Assembly (NCBI GenBank): GCA_012295275.1
Contig: CM022665.1
Location: 7,130,001-7,194,000, forward strand
Length of the DNA: 64,000 nt
Source: Chrysomallon squamiferum
Taxonomy: Eukaryota; Animalia; Mollusca
Direction of reading: 5' to 3'
Shown one piece after another: positions 1 through 13,210 of this stretch (the stretch's first letter is position 1; each line of letters opens with the position of its first letter). Position numbers and translations under genes: made by a program. The notes under the pieces are model-generated. The model searched no databases. It worked only from the letters and a program-made list of their open reading frames with translations, and was not told where the DNA came from.

Positions 1-2532
1 TGAGAGCAAACACTCTTCTTGTTGTGCTGATAATACTGAGGTCAGATCCATTTGACCCGTTCCTTTTATGATTTGAGAAAAACAAACTGAGATATCACAG
101 TCACCATCCTCACATCATACAGTCTCTCATGATGTGAAGCAGCTCTGTCATTGTACATGTGGATGAACAGTGTTTATTATACTTCCACCAGAGGTCTCTG
201 TGTTAGCATGCTTGTCATGGACACAATTTCTGACTTCTGCCAAGACAGGACCTAACACATGTTATAAACTGTAACCTCCAGTTAAACAGAGTTAGTTAAT
301 ACAGAATAAATGTACTGACTGACAATTCCCTAACTTGTCAGTGAAGTTAGCCTCCTTGAAACACAAGCCATTAACTGTCATTTTAATGTGTAATACCCAA
401 TATAAACTATCTATTCTTAAAAAAAAAAAAAAAAAAAAAAAATTGAATTTAATGAAAAAGGAAAAGAAAAAGGAAAAAAGACAAATCTAAACAAGAATGA
501 TAGTCTTAGTTAGTATTAATTTTCATTTTGAAAAGAATACTTTACATTTCAAAGAAGATGACTGGAACTGAATCTAACTGTGACAAGTGTCAGTTAATAT
601 TCATATACAATGATGAAGTTGCTTATGCCAACCACACTTAAATCCGAATTGTATCTTGTATTTTGAATAAAAGAACAGCGGGTAACACAATACACCTGAG
701 AAAACTGTTAAGGTGTTTTTGATGATACGTGATATAATTCTCCTATAAACAACATTTCTCCCACAGCTATTACCTTTCAGAATCAGCATCACCTGTCCTG
801 AACTCATGAGCCTATCGTCACTGAAACCAGGTGATGGGCCTCATCACAATTTCACTGCTGAGTATTCATGATCAAAACTTGGTCATCTAGTTATCATACA
901 AGTAGGACATCACAAGTTCCTTATGACAACATAATACATGTAATAGTGCATGCTTCTGCAAACTGAAGATAACAAACAAGACCATTAGCAAACAAGAAAT
1001 AGCTGAGAAATGGACTGACTTATTTGTACTGAAATTACTCAGATTCATTTGTCAAGTCCTTCTATGGAGAAACAAGAAACTAATGACACTACAGTCAATT
1101 AAGTGATTCCAAACTGCAGGTGGTCATGACTATAGAGTACTGTATTTAAATATTAACTAAAATTATTCTTTTTATCTTCTTTACCCAACAATGATTAAAA
1201 AAATCTGCTTTCTGTACTTTAAGTCAAATTCTAGTTGTTGATTTTTCTCGTGTTGTATGTTTCAACAAAGGTAATTCAGAAGAGGAACAGCCTGTGCTGT
1301 TCAAAGAATAAAAACAAATTTATAACAGTTTGTTCATTCATTTATTTTTTTCAAGAAACAACTGTCAACATGTTTTAAATCAAACATATAAAAATTAAAT
1401 CTGTAGGTAGAAAAGAAATACAGCTTCTTTACAAAACAAATTTCCTTTTAATTTCTTTCGATTTCGAAAGATTTTTCTGCTAACATCCTTTAAGTAAGGA
1501 CATTGTTGTATATTTGAGGTAAACTATATTTTGCTGGACATGTATATTATCTTTGTATCAGAACAAAGTACAGTCACACTCTGTTGTGTCAAACTTGCTC
1601 AAGTCAATATTCTGTTTATGTCAGTATCGCTAGCCAGGCTCAACCAAAACACATACAACTGTCATGTTTTTTTTCCTCTGTTGAGTCGATATGATTAACT
1701 CAATATCATGTTTGTATCGATACATTTTTCATTCCCAACTTATACTTTTAACTAGAAAAATGTCTTTATGTGTTGATATTTATATTTTTTTATAATAAAA
1801 TTTATAAAAAGGTATGTGTAGTCCAGCTTGTGCCATTATAGTAAGAATGTAACCAAGCTATCAAAAGTACTGCTAATTAATGACTGTAAACTAAATTTCA
1901 CAGGACATACATATTTTCTTCTTGTAATGAACGTAGTTATAATTCTGAACCTGATATTATTAGATAAAACATACAAGAAAAAAATATATATATAACAAAT
2001 AAATTGCTTGTTATTCCTGGAATCTGAAGTTATCAATCATGAACCTAATCACTAGCTAAATCACTACAGTGAATGCAGGTGAACTGATGACACAAATAAC
2101 ACTTTTCTGTATTCAGATATTCTAGAATGACTATAATATTACAATATTCAAAGGTATGTCATATGTTTTAATTTTATTGAAACCTTATGGAATACCATAT
2201 GCTTGAGTGCACTGTAAGGAAAAAAAATTAAAGCATTTTTACTTCTTTATTATTGCGCTTTTGGGAAGTTGAACAAAATCCCACCTGTAGAGGTTTACAA
2301 AGTAGAATTCTAATGAATTTAACTATACAAGTGTACAACAAATTCAATAACACTGGCTATGTACCAGGGGGCATCATGTCAGAATTTATGAGAATATGAA
2401 TTCCATTCAGTTATTGGTTCCATTATGGCCTCCTGCCAAACATTTCATTCAATCCAGCCATTTTTTTTTTCTCTTCTTTTGTTACATTCAACTTTTCACA
2501 CACACACAAAATAAAATAAAATAATAAAATAA

Positions 2533-2571
<39 letters not shown>

Positions 2572-3749
2572 ATTAAATTAAATTAAATTAAATTTAAAAA
2601 TCTACATGATTTTCATCCTAAAAATCAAAAATATATATTCATTAACCTATATTATGTTTAGTATGAGAATACATTAACTGAAAAAGAAATACATTTTACA
2701 ACTAATTTAGCTGAGATTTAGTGTCAGATTAAATGAACATGCCATGGATGTGTTTAAAGCTTAAATACCCATGATTGTAATTACAACTGCCTGCTGGCTT
2801 TAGCATGAACCTTCATAATGAATTCCAAAATTAGAAACTACTGTTAGAAAAGGAAGAATACATCTTTCTTAGAAAATAACTTTTATCATTTCTGCAAGCT
2901 TTTCTAAATGATTAATGTAGTGTAATGAATATTAACTGTGAGAAAATGGCAGATTTGAACAACAATAAAATGATGTAATTGTGTAAAACCAACAAAACAT
3001 AATGGCTGACATATATCAGAATGTGTTTACTCTAACTGCAGCAAACAGAAATTAACCCTGCCTGTGAATTTCCCTTGCATTGGTCTGTAACTGTTTCATG
3101 AACATCAATTAGTTGTAAACAGATGTTTTTGACTAATATATAACAAATACACTTCTGCCAGTGGGAAATTGCTCAGTTGCAGTGGGTGTGGGGTAACTCC
3201 AATGGGCTATTTCCCATCCCAGTCAATGTAAGGTATGTGCTTTTCTATTGACCATTAACACAGAAATATGTTTAGTAAATCAAATTATATACTGCCTGCT
3301 TTGTCAAGACTAATAAACTGTGAGGAATAAATAAAGATTGTTTTATATATATAACAAACTTGGAATATAATTTCATATTTTAAAACAAATATTCATCCTT
3401 GTAACACTATTTTTTTTAAAATGTATTTCTCTAGAATCTTGGCAAAGAAAGTTTAAAATATGCGTTTATTGAGAACATGAAAATACTAATTAATTTTCTA
3501 TAACCTGCTCCTAAATATCAGATATCTGTAATTCATTTTTCAAAATGAAATAAAGAAAAAGTTTTTGCTTTAGCATCAAAGTATTTATTTACATGCACTT
3601 TCAGCAATAAGGACAATGCATACCATAGTCTTTGATAAATAAACGTAACAGCACCAACTGAAATGAAATGCAGATGACATTCACTAATATTTTATTAAAT
3701 TATAACATTTACTCAGATTTGGGGTTTTTTTGTTTACTATAATATCAAC

Positions 3750-3917
3750 TTAACAACACCAGAAAAATATATCATTAACTGTAATGTTATCGACTGATCA
3801 ATTTTGTTCACTTACATCAACACAAAAATTTATCATATACTATCGTAGCATCACCAGCAGAATTTACCATTTATCTTGTGATCACCAGGAGAATTTATCA
3901 TTTACAATCATATCAGG
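3750..3917 (+). repeat. Degenerate minisatellite, about 31-bp unit
   Basis: Units ATCAACACAAAAATTTATCATATAC, ATCACCAGCAGAATTTACCATTTATC and ATCACCAGGAGAATTTATCATTTAC, plus an earlier ACACCAGAAAAATATATCATTAAC. Confidence 0.6.
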
Positions 3918-6774
3918 TTACTTACTTTGATCTCCAGGTCCTAACCATACACAAACTGGTGAAGGTTTCATATACTTAAATAACAATACTATGATAACTT
4001 TCTTTTGAAGATGGTTTCAGTAGTCATAACAACCTAATAACCATAAATACAAAAACATGTTAAGGTGTCATAAAGTAAATATTTACAGTGAAAATTTAGT
4101 TTATTACTTTCTTGTTTTTTTTTCCTAAATGCAAATCAAAGTATCTTTAAACATATATTTTTAAATACAAGTTTGGTACTTTTACTGTTTTAAAAACTCT
4201 CATAAATGAGATTAAATAAAAAGTTATATTTAAATTATACAGAGAAAAAAAAAAACAGTGTGTAGCACAGCACTGATACTACCAGTGCTTTAACAATTAT
4301 GAACCAAGGTAAAACTATCAAGTGAGAGCAGAAATGTACCTGACAACCATCTTTCAGATAACTTGAGTAGAAAATTTGCTCAAAAATACTCAGTGCTCAG
4401 TAGCTCACCTCTTCAAATGGCATACCATAATTATACCACTGAGTGTGAGTAAATTATCATTGTTGACAAAGTTACATTTTTATCAGCCTATAAGACGTAT
4501 TACAAGTAGGCAAGGCTTTTAGAAGTTATTCTCATCCTTTATTATTAGCAAAGATTGGTTTCTCGTGAAGGAAAACAATTTGAAGTATTCAAAATATGTG
4601 AAAACTGTCACCATAGGATCAGTTTCAACTGATGAATATCTTCATTATCATTTACAGAATGGTTTAAACAACAACAACAACAAAGATCAAGAATGTTTAA
4701 ATACAAATAAATAAATAAATAAAAATTTTAAAAATTAGAAATTTAATTACAGAAAACAATTTAATTTGAAATCTCGTAAACCTGAAAATAGAGCTGAACC
4801 CAGAAATTCAAGTTTCGAGAAAAGGGAATCTTAAAACAACTACTCTGACAATCTGATGACTAAAAGACTCTGTAATTAAGTGAAAATGAAACATTTTTCT
4901 GACGAGTGACAACATACAAGGCACAAAATTAATCATCCCCTCACATGTCGATTAATCTCAATGATACTGGTTACTATCAATTTGTCTTCATTTTTGAAGG
5001 GAAATGAACTATCACTGGGTGATCAGAGAACTGCATCACTCTCTATTCACAGCTGACAGACTGTTAAACCAGCGATGTCAATTGCTCTGCCTTAATGACA
5101 CAACACCACTGGTTTTTAACATTAATCACTGTGCTGCAGCAATACCAGTCTTGTTGTCAGCACTATTACCTTTACAGAGTTCTTCAATTAAAGACGGAAT
5201 ACGGAATAAATTTATTATTGTTTCGGATTTTGGGTGGTCTTGGAATTTTTTTGTACTTTTTTTTTTCAAATTAAATAAATTGTTGTGTATAATCTGAAAT
5301 CAGGTTTATTAATTTTTATGTTTATGATGTGAATAATACTGAAATATGTATGACTGTAGTTTTTTATTTGTGCTTTAAAATGCAAACTGGTAATAATTCA
5401 TTACATGTATCTGGAGTATTCTATATAGACACATGAAATTTTTGTATTATTATTATTTTTATTTATTTATATTTTTTTTTTTTTTTTTTTTTTTTTAATT
5501 AGATGATGTAATTTGATGTCATTCACATACTTCAAATGTATAAAAAATACATAAATCTTCTGCCTATTACATTTTAAAAAAACACACCAAAAAAACCATG
5601 TCTCCTGTTGATGAAGTAAAGACACTTGCAAACATTCCTTAAAATGAATGAAAATAAATTAAATTTACATAAATGAGATATTAAAGCAGATGTTTTTTTA
5701 AGATTAGTGTTAAGATAAACAATAACAGACACAAAAACAGCAGGACAGTGAAAAAGTAAAATCCACTTTGCTGTGGGAGAAATTCAAACTACAGGGAGGT
5801 TTATCTGTTAATAAATAATTATCTAACCTGCTGTTTTATCATATCTAACAACTTATCAGTGAATAACATCAACAGAAATACAAATTTTTAAAAAAATTTT
5901 TTTTCATTTTCTTTATTATTATTATTATTATTTCAGTATTTATTATTTATTTATTTTATTAATATTTAATATTTATTTATTATTATTCATTTGTTTGATA
6001 ACTAGTAAGTAAAACTAATTCAGAATTTTATCATAATTGTTAGCTTTACCAAGCCTGTATAATTTAACTGATACATAAAACACAATACTTCATTGTTCTT
6101 TTCACCAATTACAACAACAAAAATTAATAATAAAAAAAATTATGACATATCTTGCACAGATGTTTCATGTTTGATGTTCTGCTTAATATAAAGTTTAGAT
6201 TTAATACCATTTGAATTTTTTAAATTTACAAGTGTTTATTAAAGTTTAAGATAAATCAGCTATTTCTGTAACTCTAAGCATCTAAAATAAATTTTAAAGA
6301 TTTAAAAAAAAAAAAAAAAACATTAAAAAAAAGAGGAAAAAATGATCTCAGAAAAATATTTGCAGCAAAGTTGTACAAATAAATGTGAATAAAAATCTCT
6401 TTAAATAAATGGACTTTACAAAAATGTCCATATAACTGTATATTTGGTTTCCAAGCATATATAGTACTGAGAAAAAAAATAATAAACACAGATTAAAATT
6501 AAAATATGATACGTGAACTGTATAAAATACTTTTTAAGAAATAACACATTAAACAGAAAGATTTTTTCATGGCTAAATAATGATTAAATTTATTCCAGTC
6601 AGCTACGAATATATTTAAAATATGCAATATACTTTTTTTATTTTATCAAAGCAGTGTCAAAACTGAGAGGTTTTTGTGACTATGAAGTTACTTTATGAGG
6701 CGATGTACCCTGCTGGGTTTCACCATATCAGAACTAAATGTCAGATTCTACTTGTTATCTCCACCAGACCAAGT

Positions 6775-6897
6775 AGACAGCACTGGCTAGAGACAGCAGT
6801 AGTCCACTGGTTAGACAGCACTAGCTTGTGGGTTTGAGACAGCAATACAAGTAGCTTAGGATCAGAGACGGAAATAGCTTGGTGGAGAGACAACACA
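6775..6897 (+). repeat. Degenerate short tandem repeat built on AGACAGCA
   Basis: AGACAGCA occurs four times, with AGAGACGG/AGAGACAACA variants and interleaved TAGCTT/CTGG, within about 120 bp. Confidence 0.5.
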
Positions 6898-7881
6898 TAA
6901 TGTGCTCATCTTAAACTGTGTGTGTTTTATCATTAGATCACCTTAGTGTACTCATAGCACACACAGTGTCAGTGACTTGCTTTATTACAGGCCCTGACTG
7001 TGGGTAGATGAATATTAAGTTTTTATATATAATATACAATTTTGAAGTCTACATTCTATTAAAAAAGGCTGAAATATTAATTTCACAGGGGGAAAAAAAA
7101 GCTGTGTATTATAGATGAATAAATATGACAAATATCTACAGAAGTGAACCGTGATAGAAGTATCTTTAATACAAACAAAAGTACATCACACACATTTATA
7201 TTAAATGAAATGAAGCTGTCTTATTTACAACTCATTACAATCCATTTTGTTGAACTGCCATGTAAAGTAATATTATTAATTCTGTAAGCTATAGCTGTAA
7301 CACTATTGTGTATAGTGCAACATGTTTACAACAGCTGCTGAAAGCAAATCTCAGATTTCAAAACCTACATCCAAGCATCAATATTTCAAATAAATCTTTG
7401 ATTCAATGTTAAGCAACTTCTCTCACTTTTTTTGAAATGTTCACAAAACTTGCAAAACTTTAAAAAATTTCTGACACCTTTTAAATTATCATACAAATTC
7501 AGGGAATCATTTAGGTACCTTTTATCCTTATAATATTGAAAACATAATGTCTACTCAGCACAGATGTTGTTTTCATCAATAAAACCAGCTTTTCAACTAA
7601 AAATGCAAATTTATTATTGTTATTAAACATTTTTGCTTCGATATAAAGAAAATCTGTGTTAAATTCAAAACTGTGACATTCTGTTATGATACATGTCATT
7701 TATGATTGGCTACTATTTGACTTATGTATTGAAACAAAATATATCAACAGCTGTGGCTTGCAAACATTTTTATGGAGATCCATGCATGTTACCTATGCCT
7801 ACAGATTTAATTTAATAGTTTGTTAAAATACAATATATGTTTAATTCAAAGCTGCTATATACTCATCTTAACTGTATACAT

Positions 7882-7920
<39 letters not shown>

Positions 7921-8521
7921 TTAAAAAATATGATTAACTATTAGCCAATATTCAAAATCTTTCAGTTAAGTTTTTAAAGTAATTTATGCTTTAAATTTTA
8001 TATGTACATGTATGTATTAAATTAAAAAATATATATATATATATATATATGTATTATTCTACCAGTCATGATAGCATTTGCACTTATGATCTATTTCTCA
8101 CCCATTTACTGAATATTTAATTGAAACTGTTTCATTATTAATCCATCACAACGATGTTTCTTTGGCATGTTAAATCATTGCATGACATCATTAAATCAAC
8201 ATACCGTGAATAAAGTGGTGATATGGCCAACTCTGTTCAATCCAGCATAACAGCATGTAAATCAATGTTGTGCGGATGTATCAATAATAAAAGAAGCTGG
8301 TGTTGCACACAGAATTATCCTCATTTGATCAATGTCAAAAGAGTAATTGTGTGGCTCGGTTTGCTTTGACATTACAGGAAACAATCAATGAAGTATACAG
8401 GTACATTCGTTGATACTGAGGCAGTAGAAAAGTTTCTTAATTCAAAGATCCTTGTAAACAGACAGCTATTTTCTGTACCTTATTAATATATTATGAGACT
8501 GGATCCAGGTTCTTGCTTGTG

Positions 8522-8567
<46 letters not shown>

Positions 8568-10726
8568 TTTTTTTTACTTAATGTTATTTATTTATTTAAT
8601 ATTATTAGATAATCCAATATATATTTTTTAATCTTTCTTTTGCAATTATTTAATTTGATCATTTTTAAAAAAAAAAAAAAATTTTTTATTTATTTATTTA
8701 TTTATTTAGTTTTGTTAACCAAATGTTTCAGCTTATTTTTTATATTTATTATGCAAGAATTTTCATCTTGATAAAATGTATTTCATTCTCACTTTTTTAA
8801 AGAAATCCCAGATCAAATCACACTGCTGTTGTGAACATTCTAGTAATTTCGTCAAATCAAAACTGAGTATATTATTTGTGTTGGATGGTTCAATATGCAC
8901 ATTCAGAGTGCAAAATGTTGAGATTTCATTGTCATTTCTGTCATTACCTGTGATTCATTTGTAACATTATTAATCGTCAATAGTGCTATTATTCAGTTGG
9001 GGGGGAGGTGGGCTAGCCAATTATTTTAAGGATATGAAAATATTATTGCTATTAATATTAACATGCTTACCAAGTGAAATAACACCATGTAGTTGCAGAA
9101 GTAATGACAATTTATTATTATTATTTTTTGTTTTTTAAATAAAAAGCTATTAATGAAAAAAGAAAGAAACACCCTTTAACAATGGTAATTCATTTTTCTC
9201 CAGTTAATTATGAAATTGTAACTAATGAAAGTAATTTGTGGCACAAATGTTTTTAATTTCCTTTTGGAAATCAGCAGCCATATTGTTTAATGGTGGTTTA
9301 TAGATTCTGGCCAAAATAGGAAATGAACATGTTCATTCTACCAAACTGCATTTCTGTTTAATAACAATGGCATGGTTTTTTTAACTTCTGAAGGGCTTAT
9401 TTATGATACTTCTTATTTAACCGATGCTTATTTATATTTTATAGGTTTTTGTTTTTATACAATTTAATTTCATTTTATTTTATTTCTTCTTTACTTTCTT
9501 ATACCATGCCAAGAATTTTGATTTAAACATCAGATTAAATGTTTATATAAAAATGTTTTTGAGAAATTCCTACACTAATATTATTTAAAGATAACAGTTA
9601 ATAATTATACAACCATGTATTAAATAACAGTCATCATGAGGTTCTGCATATTTGCCCATTATCTCCTGGTAATTAATTCAATTCACACTAGCAAACACTG
9701 TTTAATACTTATAATGTCCTTATTACTAATTTGTCAAGTAAGAAGAATAAAAGCATGAAAAAAAAGAAACAGAAATATAAAACTGATACAGAGCTTCTGA
9801 AATGAAGTCGTTTTTCACTTAATCTCTTGAACCACTGAAATCACAACATAAACAAAACTGTGGACAAAATGAAATGTCGTAAAATAAATTATTAATATTT
9901 TTATATTCTTTTTTTTTTTTTTTTTTTTTTTTTTTTCTGTTGATAAACTAAAATCCTGAACAGACAGGGGAATAGTTTAATTAATTTATTAATATTATTA
10001 TTATTTATTTATTTATTTTATGTATTTAAACCAATCTAATGTTAAGGAAAAATCACACATAATAAAGTATTAATTCAAGTTGTAAAACAATTCCAACCAG
10101 TCAGCTTTAACTACTAAAGACAAAAGAAATTCCGAATACCGACTTTTATATTATTGTATGTCTTAATACGAAATGTCAGTATTTGAATGACAATACTAGA
10201 AACAAACAAAAAAAAAACCTTATAATAATTCAACCAGTTTGGTAACCATTAAAAAAAAAAAAAAAAAAAAAAAAATATTATTTCAGTGAAGCCCATTTTT
10301 TTGTTCAACAGTTTCAAACAAAGAATGATACTATATCCGTTATACCTACACCAGCAATAACGATCACCGCATCGGTTGTTAAACATTACACGTTAGAAAA
10401 TCCAATTGCACAAAAATATGGGAAAAAAACGAAGAAAGGTGCCCCTCTTCATTTTTTTAATTTTAATTTTTTATTTTTTTTTTTATTTTTTTTAAATTTA
10501 TATATTTAATTTTTTGTTGTTTTTGTTTGTTTGTTTTCTCGAATTTGATAATTAAATAAAAGGAAAAGAACCTCCGTTACTTTCAGTGAGCATTTATGAT
10601 GTTAACAGCCTCCATCGACCTATGTCAGTCTAACATTAACATTTCAAAAGTGTGGGGTTGTTTTCCTCAGTATGATATGTAACAGAGCGCAGACGAACTC
10701 ACGTTGTTGTTCTTATATTATTCTTA

Positions 10727-10772
<46 letters not shown>
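10727..10772 (+). repeat. (ATT)n microsatellite
   Basis: Direct reading. Confidence 0.9.
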
Positions 10773-13089
10773 TTAAATTTATAACTGCTTTTTTATTAAT
10801 GCAAAAAACATTATACACCATCTGATAAAACTTAACATTTTTTTTTTCATGAATATAAATGAGAAAATATTGAAAGTTATCGTTTCTTAAAAAATATGTC
10901 CTCGGTGAACTGCACTAACAGTACTATATAAACATGTATATGAAGACACGCACGCACGCACGCACGCATGTATGTAATTAGCAGGATCAAGGAGTAATGT
11001 TATCTATCGTTTTTCACATAATCGCTGAATACAAACAAAGCTGCATTATACCAAATTAGTATAAAATATTAATAATAAAATATAATAATCAATTAAATCA
11101 AATTATAAATAAATAATAATAAAATAAAATAACCATGCTGTGAGAGAATAAAATAACTGATTTGAAATTAGAAGTGAAAAAAGTCCTTTTGCATACGAAC
11201 TTATTTTAAATAAATAAGTAAAATAATCAATCCTACTACTCTTTTTTTCATGCGCCTTTACACAGAAAATAAATTTTAAAAATAAACGTAAATAATAATA
11301 ATAACAATAATAACAATAACAACAAAAATTATTATTTTCAATGCCTTAAATATTTAAGATATTTATCTCCTCACAGACAATTCCACCCTCATCTTTAACA
11401 TAATAGTAATAACGATTTCATTAAAATCGTAAGGTTTTAACAAAGTATTAATATTACTGCTACTACTCAATAATTTTCAAAACTTAATTCTTTGCATTTC
11501 TTTACGTATTAAGAAGGTTTTTGTCGAATCTGTACGTACGGAAATCAATTGACAATGAAAAGTTGTTAAGGATAGGCTATATATAATTCATGACAGACAA
11601 GAACAATCAATGATCTCCGGGCGCCGAGAATGACAATAAAACAAACACTTCGATCATTACTTACCCACTAACGATAACCCAAGTTAAACACTTTGACAAC
11701 AATTAATTTACCATTTAACACAATCACACCGTGTTCCGCATTTATACACTGATACACGCAGCTAAAAACAAAATAACATCATTAGGTTCTTTAAATGGCG
11801 TTTACAGTTTAAAGAAAAATGGGATTAAACACAAAAATTATTATTATACATCATCGTTTTGAGACTTTTTTCACCAACTAAATGTTACAGTGGTAGAAAG
11901 GTTTTATACAGAAATGTGAAACAAAATAAGAAAAGAAAAGAAAAAAGGTCAGAATTCAATGAATTCCATTTTTTGGTTTCAAACTGAACAAAAAATAATA
12001 ATAAACAGACCAATGAAAACGAAAGAAAAAAACTTCCAACATTTGGTTTTGTTGTAGTAAACTGGTGGCAAGTTTGATGAATTCTGTTCACGAATAGATT
12101 GGAGGGAGTATTTAATAATTGATTAGTCATGGTAATGTAGATACAAATTTATACATACGTCATATTTTTTTTCTTTATTTCTTTGGTTATTTATTTAGTC
12201 CAGAGCTTGTAAACTGAACCCATACTACAGAAATACTTTCAGTGTTTGTCTGACGATCAATTAGCATTCCCAGCTCATCATCGCATAGACGACAAGCTTT
12301 ACATCAAAACTGTTTAATTTGCAGCGGATGCTGATGAATGAACCTTCTAAATATTAGATTGTCAGAAATCTAATAATCATATCCTTATCATTGTGTTTCG
12401 TTAATACAACTGAATCATGCTCTCTGTACAAACAAGACATCGATGTCCAATAGAACGCTTTTTTTTTTTTTTTTTTTTTTCGTTCAAACTGTCCGGAAGA
12501 GGACGACTTCTTTGTTTCGTAGCCAAGAGGAGCGGCATCATGTCGCTTATTACCCAACGTGTGAGACACGAAGCATGAACCATGTGCCTCGACAATTAAC
12601 CTAAGAGCAGGGCAAACACACCATTTCAGTGTGCTTGTATGGTCTTCTTTTGTCTGATCGGGTTACTACTGGCATCGCGGTCAAATGGACGTTTTCAGAA
12701 GGCTAAAATAATACTTTACGTCCTTGAGTGAGATCAAACAGAACACAGTTTACTGTGTAATAGCTATTTTACTTGTCACATATCTTGCTGGGTTGTGTCA
12801 TTTTTTCCTGCGGCAATCTGATGTTAATGTTTGTTTGTTCTTTTTCTGTGCAATGTGCTTAAAATCCACATAGTTCTTCAGATGTTATTCTGCCATTAGT
12901 TTAGGCTTTTCCCTGTTTTCAAGATTTTAGCTTCATCCAACATTTCGTGAAATATAATATATTCAGTTCAAAAATGTTCAGAATATCCAAACAGTATTCA
13001 GCATATTTTAATGATAACAGTTTTAATTCATTTGTTTAACACTCAATATCGATTAATTTTCTATTATCTTGTATGTAAACTTTATAAAT

Positions 13090-13210
13090 TAAACCCGCTA
13101 TTATTCCAAGAGCAGCAAGGAATCTTTTAAATGCACCGATAGTAAACACATACCATGACCTTTAACAGAAAGTCGTGCTATACTAGCTGTAATGGAAATA
13201 ATCCAGCTAT
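13090..13210 (+). repeat. Degenerate copy of a dispersed repeat family (other copies about 3570-3670, 24170-24260, 35940-36095)
   Basis: Shared ordered blocks AGCA.CAA / TTT.A.ATGCAC / GATAGGA / CATACCA / CTTTGATA across four sites in the window. Confidence 0.5.

Noticed and set aside
3750-3917. Repeat array as a CRISPR-like locus
   Set aside because: Units are degenerate and adjacent with no unique spacers; eukaryotic context with no cas genes.
12180-12200. TCTTTGGTTAT resembling the 5' end of miR-9
   Set aside because: The match stops after 11 nt and no hairpin partner arm is visible.
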